Source: Callorhinchus milii
Lineage: Eukaryota
DNA length: 64,000 bases
Direction of reading: 5' to 3'
Assembly (NCBI RefSeq): GCF_018977255.1
Contig: NW_024704743.1
Coordinates: 104,038,001-104,102,000, forward strand
Positions 53,966 to 64,000 of this stretch are shown here, in pieces. The stretch's first letter is position 1, and the number at the start of each line of letters is the position of its first letter. Below the pieces are notes generated by a model. The model worked only from the letters and a program-made list of their open reading frames with translations, was not told the origin of the DNA and searched no databases. A program made the translations under genes and the position numbers.

Positions 53966-54084
53966 CTGTTTATAACCCAAATAGGGGAAATTCATTTTCA
54001 ACAAGTCTAAAACGTATGACTAGAACTATGAACAAAGTCAACACTTTCAATTTATCACATTAGAAAAAATTGCAAAATACTCAC

Positions 54085-54210
54085 TCGACATAGCATCATC
54101 ATCATCATCATTATCCTGAACAGGTTCTTCTGGCATCAGAACTCCTCTATCGGGTAAAACAGGCGGATCATCAAAGATACCGCCATCATCATTGCTCAGA
54201 AGTTTGTCAC
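54085..54210 (-). CDS. RAD21: RAD21 coding exon 6
   Basis: [45 protein letters not shown]; 126 nt. Confidence 0.94.
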
Positions 54211-54599
54211 CTGTGAACCAAAGTATTGAACAAAGAAATTAATGCAGAACTATAATCAACAACAACTTGCACTTATATTGAGCCTTTCACGAGGTTGTAG
54301 CCTCCCTGAGCGCTTGAAACCAGATTGATCAATAATATACCGATCAGCAGAGCCTAGACAGAATTCAAAAGGCAGTACATAAGGGATGGCTTGACAGCAT
54401 TCACGTGATCTGCATGCAACAATTATTCAGACGTTCCATCTGGCCAGATTATATTGTTTGTATAAACTGTCAAAATGTAGCAAAATAAAGATTTCAGTGA
54501 TGAATAATTTATAAAGTTAGCAGGTGAAGAAGGGCAAAACCTTTCATAATAAAAGACCTTTTACTCCTTCCAAAGTGACGTTCCATTTTAAAACCATAC

Positions 54600-54860
54600 G
54601 GTTGTCCTCAGTAATGAGGACACAAATTTAAGAGAAATTAAAATTAAAGGTTAGAAAACATTTCTCTACCCAGAGGGTGATTGGAATGTAGAATTCCTTG
54701 CCACAAATTATTCTTGAAACTCTGTATTTTGTTTTGAAAAGGAATCGGATAAATTTTAAACAAGAATCTTAAAGGGTTTGGGGAGTGAGCAGGAAAGTGA
54801 AATTAGATTTGGTAGTTCATATGGACTTGATGGGCCAAAAAGACTGGTTCCTTCTATGGT
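54600..54860 (+). mobile_element. Decayed CR1 3' fragment
   Basis: FSTQRVIGM*NSLP-like frame and GACTTGATGGGCC tail. Confidence 0.6.
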
Positions 54861-55111
54861 TCTACATTTTTAATTACACTAAATGTTAAACCTAAAATGC
54901 TTGAGGGAGCATCCTCTTCCAAAGAGAGGATTTTATTCATCCACTAGCGCAGGTTCCAAAAAATGATTAATTTATTTTGAAAGTTCCTACGCAACAAGAA
55001 ACAAAGTAGTTAAACTGAAATGTGTTAAATGATTTTATTCTCATATTTCTATCAGAAAGCAGCTTTATTCTATGTAAATTCTGCATCAAAAAGTAGGAGA
55101 AAACAATGTAC

Positions 55112-55318
55112 CAAGTATGCCACCATCAATGTCGTCCCCAAAGCCATCATTCTTGAGTGGATCATCATATACCATATGGGTATTTCTCTCAGACAGCTGA
55201 GCAGTGGTGTTCTGTACCGGATCCAGCAACAGATGGGAGTTACTGGTAGTACCCATTAAGTCCTCTTCAAGTATGCTTTCGTGTCGATTAAGCTCACGTT
55301 CATCCATACCAAAATCAC
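55112..55318 (-). CDS. RAD21: RAD21 coding exon 5
   Basis: DFGMDERELNRHESILEED...DDIDGGIL; AG/GT; 207 nt. Confidence 0.94.
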
Positions 55319-56813
55319 CTGTATTTGAAGGAGAAAAAGAATCTCCAATAGTAGCAAATTTAATGCCTCATGGAATTTCAAAAAGATGCACTGTTTCAAA
55401 AAGGTGCACTGTTAGAATTAGGATTATCATGATAAAACAAACATCAATACGCCTATATTAATTTTTGTATAGTCTTAATAGTCTAACATTGGATCAAAAT
55501 GTTGCTGAAGTATGAGGTACTGTTCTGACATACTTTAGAGTGCTTCATTGTTAGAACACTGTCTTGCTATTTCTAATTGGAGCATTTAGTAGAATATTAG
55601 TATAGAACCGGACTGTCATTAAGCTTCGTCCAGTAAACAACTCTGATAGTTCTTGTATTTATTTGGAATCATCAAACCAAATGGTTGAAACATTGCAATG
55701 CAATATGCACTGTCCATTTTATGAAACCTCAATTAGCTACTGTCCAAAAAAACATTCTCATAAACAAGCAAGTTTATGTATCTGATCAAGATTATTGACC
55801 ATCACATGAATTCCTCACTTTAATTATTGATTGATTAATACCTGCTTAATGCGTCTTGACCCATCCCTGCATGCGGACTTACTGGCAAGCACTGGAACCA
55901 CATTGAATTGCGGGAAATGAAATTATTCTGCGAACGAGTCAAGAGATCAAGACTACATTTCCTGCAATTCAAAGCAGCTGGCCAGTAAGTGTATATACAT
56001 CATCGGGTCAGGAAGTCATTTTCCGCGATTCAATGCAGCCGATAAGCGCAGGAGTAATAGAGGAAAGGGGAGCCGCATTACAAATTACAAAATGATAAAT
56101 ATAACCAGTGCAAAGACATCTAAGTAGTTTTGATAGGAAACATAATGGGACTCAGGTGGATGTAAGACTTAGGCAATTATATGATTTATAAAGATAAGAC
56201 TTATGCGAGTTTTGCTGTATACATCCTCTCAGGCAGCATAATCATATGAAGCCCCTTTGATGTACAATAAGCTCAGTCTCAAGGCAAATGTCATCTCTTC
56301 CTCCCTTACGGAGCAATCATTAACCCTAACACTACTTAATGAACGAAAACTAATATCTCTGTCAATGTTGGTCCAGCAAACCGCCATCCCACCCCCAGGT
56401 TAAAGGTTTACAGAGTATTTCTCCCCAATTAAAAAACTACCCCAAATAGCTTTGATTCTCATTTAAAACACGTGGAGAATCCCCCCCCCCCACACCCGCT
56501 TACTTTATCTGTGTAATATTTCAGACCATCCAGATTTTAGAAAATTGTTAAATTCAGCCTTAAATTTATTGTGTAGTTCTTAAAGAAACTTAAAGAGAAC
56601 CAACTTCAAAATTAAGGCTGTAATAATAATTTGCAAATGCTCTAAAATGCTGCATAAATAAGAATGAATCTCGACTAAAATGGATTTTCTCCCATTGAGT
56701 ATTTAAAATTGCTGGAACAACTGCACCAGAACTGAAAATGGGTAATCTAACCATTTGAGTTGCGCAAAAAAATCATATTGCATGAATTAATAAAACTAAA
56801 CCTCCATTCTTAC

Positions 56814-56920
56814 CAAAGTCATTGTCTTGAAGCAAAGTGATGGTACCCACTTCCTCTCTCATAGTGATCTCTTCCACTCTGCTTTGGTTCAAGGTAAACT
56901 GCTGAGCCACGTCAATATCA
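56814..56920 (-). CDS. RAD21: RAD21 coding exon 4
   Basis: [39 protein letters not shown]; 107 nt. Confidence 0.96.
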
Positions 56921-57115
56921 CTGCAACACAGATCACATTGGTTGGATTAAACTAAAATGTTAACATTGTAACTCAAGTATATCAGAAATAAAAAAACTTA
57001 TGTTTTCATTTGGTAGCTGCGGTATTGTCTAGTTAAGATCAACTAACAGAGCAGCAGATATAACTGAACGAGAAGTTTCCACATCTGAAAGTGTGTAAGG
57101 AAAAATAAACACTTA

Positions 57116-57256
<141 letters not shown>

Positions 57257-57568
57257 TCAATGGTTCAGTCTTATTTCTAGAGATCTAACCTTTACAATAA
57301 AAACAGAATGCAATTTGTAGTACAGGAATATGAAACACTGCATCTTATTATGTCTGGCTGCACCCACACTGAAAGCACTGCTTTCAAAAACAAATGCCAG
57401 TGTTAACTTGCAGTGCTAAGATTATGAAGAAACCTATGAATATATAGAAATTGGAGTTATAGATCAGTTAAGTACAAACCAGTGGTATCAAACTTTGCTC
57501 CTTATGGGAAATAAGTCTGTTAAAAGTTCCTGAAGCATATGATAGTTCCAGGACAAATTACAAAACTA

Positions 57569-57826
<258 letters not shown>

Positions 57827-59540
57827 TTAGTTTTAACCCCCAAATATATTGAAGTTCCCACCATCCTGTAAACAAACTTTTTTTCCATTTCCATCACAAC
57901 TGCACTTGGTACCAAATGCTATATTCTTCTCAGTGGCCGAGTCCCAGTGGTGAAAGCAATATCCTACTTTAGACCCAACCCTGCTTTCCAAAATGAATTT
58001 AAAATTTAGTGCGTAAAAAATGTTTATCGGGATATTATAGAGATAATCAAAAATATTGATAACTTACAGGAAATACAATTTGGATAGGTGAACCACCAAC
58101 AGAGACCAGAGAAGATTAGTGCCATAGCTAGACCTCTATCTTCATCAGCAGATTTACCAAAATAAGGCTTCATTTCACTGGAAACTCATGGATGTGGTTC
58201 CCCTACTGGGCCTTCACTAAAAACAGAGGTGCCAGTGACTATGAGCCACTGCTGAGAAAGAGGCAAAAGACTATGTTCCTGGCTTTTTGCATGTACCCCT
58301 TGTCTCCTTGGGTGAAAACTTGCCTGGCCTTAAAGAAAAAAAAAATTTCTTCACCATCAACATTTTGAAATGTAAAAGCATGGAGGTCATTCTGGAGTTT
58401 TTAGATTTTGTTTGTACTTTCTGAAGCTTTCAAAAGCTTCCTTGATCATCCAATAGTCCAGAAAAAGGGAAGTTCAAAAGTTTACTTTGTAGGTCTGATG
58501 GAAAAATTTATGCCAGTCAGCTATGTGAAGCACTTTGGCATGTCCTCCTCACGTCAAAAGCGTAATATAAATGTAAATTATTGTTGCTTTGTACATGTGC
58601 AAATCAAGCCACCTGTCCTAGTTGTCCAATCTTTCAGATTACATTTCGGGGTACATCTGGGATTTTCAGTGGTCACATGCTTCATGGCTGTTGTGGGACA
58701 TTTCTGTGCGCAAATTGACTGTCGCGTTCCCCTACAAAATACAGTCACCACATCTTACAATAATACTGTGAAGCACTTTGGGACCTTCTCCCAATCCAAA
58801 AGGCACTATATCAAATGTGAGATTTCTCATTAATTGATCAGCTCAAAAAAAGCAGTTTAGAAGAAAATTATACACTGGTGTGATAAATTGTGCTGAACAC
58901 AATCAGCAATTGGAAAACTACAGTTCCTTTCAATTTCATGAGATGTGTGATAAATTGTCCAAAAGGCAGATCTGAATCTTATGTAAAAAAAATCACATCA
59001 CTGGAAGCACTTAAATCCAAATGTGCTCTGTTGCAGTGTTTCTCAAGGGCCAGGCCAGTTAGTGAAAGTCCCAGTGATTCACATCAGATATCTCTTTAAA
59101 TTAAGTGATCATTCAGACTCATTTACTAATTGGCTGCCATATTTTAAGACACAATTGAGCCAGACCCAAGTATGAAAAGGTTGAGAAACATTGTTCAATA
59201 GTAAGCAAATTATCTAATTGGCATGTAATATTGAACTGGTGTTACATTCTGAAAAATGAAATGTTTAATTATGTTCTTCATACAGTAGAGCACATTTGTT
59301 TATCTGTAGGACTCCAAGTAGGAACGCTGAATCGTAAATTACTGGAAAAAATTACAAGTATCTCCTGGTTGCTAAGAATGTTGACGGTTACAGTACAATG
59401 GCTTAAGTCCAACTTTGCACATACCACTAATAGGTATTTATGCGGTTAGAAAAATGTAGTGGTGAGGATAAGAGCAAATCAAATCAAGATAAAAATAACA
59501 GTCCTTGGATTTAATATGTAATAGATTAAAACAACAAATG

Positions 59541-59965
59541 AATAATAATCCTTTCGGTTTAGCTGCTTTCACATCAAAGGACATCCTAAAGCATTTCACA
59601 GGACATACTATATAAAGGATATCAAGTGCAGTGACTATCTTTTGTGGGTGATCGCAGCAGCCAATTTGCGCACAGCAATGTTCCACAAGTGGCCATGAAG
59701 TGAATAGCCAATTTTAACTGGGAATTGGATTGTGAGCCAGGAGAAACTCTCTTCTTTATTTGAATATTGCCATGGGATCTTTAAAGTCCACTTGAAAAGG
59801 CAAACAGGTTTAACATCTCATCCAAAGGACGTCACCTATAACACCGCAGCACACCCCCAGGATTGGAGCGTCCTCTTAAGACTATATGAGTCTCCAAATC
59901 CCGATGTGGGGCTTCAACTCACAACCGTCTGAACTCAAAAGGCAAGAGTTCTACCCACTGAGTCA
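59541..59965 (-). mobile_element. SacSINE1-like Deu SINE, near full length, decayed
   Basis: tRNA-like head, AAAGATCCCATGGCA..., Deu core and tail on the minus strand. Confidence 0.75.
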
Positions 59966-60044
59966 GAATTATTTAGCGCCTTTTACATTGGGAGGAATGT
60001 TTCAAAGGTAATAATAAAAGAACATTCATATATGATGCAGTTCA

Positions 60045-60236
<192 letters not shown>

Positions 60237-61859
60237 TCAGGTATAAACCTAGAAACAGAAAAACACAATCAATAATCTAAAAACTATAAATGTCCACAGT
60301 TGCAGTACTCATTCTCCAGTCTCCTTATCAACAATAAAAAAATTCATACAAATATTTTAACATTTAAAACACAGACCTAATTGAGATTAATATACAGATA
60401 TATATTTTTTTTAACAAATTACATTTTGCTCAGTGGGAAAACTCAGAACAAAAACTCAAAGCTGTTCAACTTAAAGTGATTGCTCATAAATGGCTCTATG
60501 ATGGATTACGTACAGTATCATTGGGTGAAGAGAAAAGACATGGTTTTGGATCCCAAAACAAATAATGTTTTTAAAAAATAAACTGAGGAAAAAGAATTCA
60601 ACCAAGACCACTTCTGCCTCCAGTCTTGCCGATGCCTGTGCTGTCATCAGCAGTTCCCTGAAATACTGTGGACCCACCTGACTTAGGAACCGGACTCCTG
60701 AAATCTCCAATGGGTTGGCTCAATTCTGACACTCCACTGCCAAATATAGGTCACCTTAGAGCCAGTTCAGCTCCAAGGAAGCTTTTTCCTTTGCTTACCT
60801 CCCCCCATAAAAAAGATAGTCACTAGTTGTTCATTTGAAATATGACAAGCGTGGGTTTGCACCCCAACGAGATGGATGGCAGGCATCAGGTACTCCCTGT
60901 GAGCTTCCCTGTGGGCTACACAGCTCAGCATGAAATGCATTAGAGCATTGCTTCCATCTTTCTGTCTGTAGCTCAGACACATGTCTCTTGCATTGAGCGA
61001 TGGTTCCACCAGTTGGAGGCATGGGGCTTAAGCAGAAGCCACTAACCTCTCTGCAAAACAATCAAGGTGGATACCAGGTGCTGCATGTTCACAAACTCGA
61101 GACTCCAGGTAATGCTTTCCAGCAGTTGTCACCCCAAGCCTCAGAGTTTCCTCATCAGCTACCCGGTGGACATATTCCTTCAGTGTGGTGGGAAAACCTT
61201 TACAGGACAATTTGCAAAATGCCAACCACCTTGATGCTCTGTAGGATTGGTTTGATTTGCTCCAGGTGCATGTTCAATTCCACATACCAGGCTTATTTTG
61301 GGGACGGACGTGGTATCAACAGGGATTGATGGAGCAGACTAATGGGTAGTGGTTGTGGCTGGTCAAGCAATGGGTTTTAGCTGGCTGAACTCCACCAGGA
61401 CCTCAGTACACACTCTGGGGTCCCCAAACCTCTTAGCAACTGTGTGCAATACTTTCTGGAATTACGTAAGCAGAGGGTCCCTCAAGGAAGAGTGCACATT
61501 CCATTCCAGACTCGAGAAAATTTATGTAGGTGTTATGCATGTGTGGAACTCTGTCTGGTTTGGATACTCTTAAGCATTGTGACTAAAATTAACAGGCCAG
61601 ATATCTGATACACGCCTTCAGCGTGGTGGGAAAATAAGGTGCAAGTCCTCACACAGTAGGCCAATTTGCCAACATTATATTATCTGCATTCATCAGTGAT
61701 ATATGACAGTAGTTGATGCATCCTAACAACTTCATTCAGGAGCACTAAGCGTGGAGCCAAGAACACTGCAGTTAAGTAAACTAAAAACTCCCAGTGCTGA
61801 CATTAATTTGCATGTGGAGTGAACACATTTATCATTTCGGTGAGCGGATAAGAAAGAGT

Positions 61860-62315
61860 TATCCCCAGTTATCCTTCCTCCCGCACCGCTTTCTTCCACC
61901 TCCACCACATTGCCCGTCTCCGTCAATACCTCACCCCAAAAGCTGCCGAAATCCTTGTCCATGCCTTTGTCACCTCTCGGATGGACTATAGCGCCCTCCT
62001 CACTGGTCTCCCCTCCTCCACTATTCACAAAATTCAGCTCATTCAAAACTCCGCCGCCCACATTCTCACCCGCACCAAACTCCGTACCCCGATTACTCCA
62101 ATGCTTGACAAACTCCACTGACTCCCTGTCACAGAGAGGATCGACCTCAAGATTCTCACGCTGGTGTTTAAATCCCTCCATTCCTTGGCACCGCCCTATC
62201 TCTCTAACCTCCTCACTCCCCACAGCAGTATCCGCTGCCTCCACTCTAGTGGGCCTGGCCTCCTCCGTGTCCCCCAAATCCTCCACTCCACCATCGGCGG
62301 CCGTGCCTTCAGCTA
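61860..62315 (+). mobile_element. L2 3' ORF2 fragment
   Basis: Homologous to the L2 C-terminal region ([12 protein letters not shown]...KIQLIQNSAA). Confidence 0.8.
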
Positions 62316-62350
62316 CTAATATTAATTCTTCTGGTTTTCTGTAACCAGAA

Positions 62351-62673
62351 GTGGAGTCCTGTAGCTCAGTGGTTAGAGCACTCGCTTTGCAAGTGAGAGG
62401 CCTGAGTTCAGTTCCAGGCAGGGCGAAACCTTGGGCAAGTTTCCTTACTCCACACACCTAATAATAAGAATCCCTCCAAAAAAAACACTAAAAAATTGGT
62501 CATTTTCAATCAATGACTGTTTGTGGGACACTGCTGTGCGCAATTGGCTGCCGCGTTCGCCCACAAGTATACAGTCAATTCACTTTACAGTATATTCTGT
62601 GAAGCGCTTTGGGATGTCTTGAAGACGTGAAAAGCGCTATATTAAATGCAAGGATTATTATTACTATTATTAT
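62351..62673 (+). mobile_element. tRNA-derived Deu-domain SINE
   Basis: Full-length copy. Confidence 0.92.
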
Positions 62674-64000
62674 AACCCACCCAGGAACCCAAGGTCTACG
62701 AGCATTCTGTCAAGAATCAGATAACTCCCTTCCAGTAGTAACCATCTCTGTTCAGACATGAAATGTTGGGTCATTCCTCTCTTAGATGTGAAAAGCATCA
62801 TTAGTTTATCTTTTCAACCTAGCCTCTTCTAATTCACAAAAAAGCAGATTAAATTTTATCATTCACCCCATTGCTGTTTGTGCAACGTTGCAGGCGGAGA
62901 ATGATTGCTGCATTTGGCTACATAAATAACATCTGTTAATTTTCAAAGTATTGCATTGTACTTTGAGAAGTTACAATGTGATTCTGTGGTACATCAAATG
63001 CAAGTACCATTCTAATCAAAAAATACAATCAGACTCAATTCCCCCTTGCTCTTATTAATAATCTGTAAAATCCATACAATCCTTTCCGTCCTCCTTCCAC
63101 ACACACCGCTCGCCCTAAGACTTCTCAGAATTCTTCCCTCTCTTTATAACAGTCTTTTGCAGCAAATGCAATTGAAAGGATTTGGCCCTTTGATAGAACT
63201 TTGATACTAATAGAATCAATCTCTCCTTCCAATTTGCTGTGTATAAACTGCATTGTCACAGACTGCCCTTTTTTTCGACAGAAGGAAATTATCCCAATCC
63301 AACCTAAACAAATTAATTATGCTCTCACGTGCAAGGTCTCAAACTAGAATTTAGTTAGGATGAGGTGCATTCTAGATAACAGTACCACAGACCCAAAAGG
63401 ACAGGAATCACAATGTTCTTGATTTGTTAATATACGGGTACACTAATGCCTATAATTATCAAACCAAATCCTCAATCAGCTATTTTCCAAAAAGAATCAA
63501 ACTGTGTTTGATGTAAATCTTGCCCACAATTATTACTGGAGGAAAGGATAACTCTAAACTCCGAGCCTGAGTTTTGCTAAATTTTCTGCTGGTATTTCTT
63601 AGCAGTGTAAAAAACTTGAGGTGGAATTTTCATTGAGAGAAAAGATTGAGAGTGCAAGTTCAAGCCTGTCAACATTTCCTACACTTTAGTATTTTTAGTT
63701 GCAGAATTGCCCCGGTTAGAATATACCATTTCTTTATTCTCACTTGCAGTTTATACTATTATTTCACCAATTGATTGTATTGAATATATCCGAAGGGCGT
63801 ATTCAGTTAAACACATTTTAATAATATAATAACACTTGCATTTGATATAGTATGGCTGGCGATGCATTATAGAATGGTAATTCAATATCTTACATCAATA
63901 TGAAACCAACCAAGATTAAATTACAGCCTTGGAGCTCAAAGTCAGATAATAATTGTATATAATTCGGACTGAGTTCTTAGAAACATTTTAAAAATGCACA

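Noticed and set aside
60249..64000. RAD21 exon 1 and promoter
   Set aside because: No CpG island is visible; probably beyond 64000.

Overview
Vertebrate genomic DNA, most likely from a cartilaginous fish (inferred from the repeat content: L2 LINEs, Deu-domain tRNA-SINEs, SacSINE1-like SINEs and CR1). The window covers the conserved EIF3H-UTP23-RAD21 block. EIF3H (- strand) has coding exons 1-2; I found no exon 3, so 1-27537 is probably intron 2. UTP23 (+) is complete in 3 exons (246 aa) and shares a ~0.5 kb bidirectional CpG promoter with EIF3H. RAD21 (-) has all 13 coding exons (633 aa); its non-coding exon 1 probably lies beyond the window. Introns are rich in L2 LINEs, SINEs that share the L2 3' tail, CR1 fragments and MITEs. 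The most notable items are: (1) a TSD-flanked ~250-bp palindromic insertion in the last RAD21 intron, with a minimal hammerhead-ribozyme motif in each arm, plus a dead copy at 1583-1697; (2) a RAD21 exon whose acceptor is TAG(CAG)8, so splice-site choice could set polyQ length; (3) a G-quadruplex-prone minisatellite in the bidirectional promoter; (4) an unclassified dispersed repeat family. Comparisons with human genes and named repeat families are from memory, not database searches.
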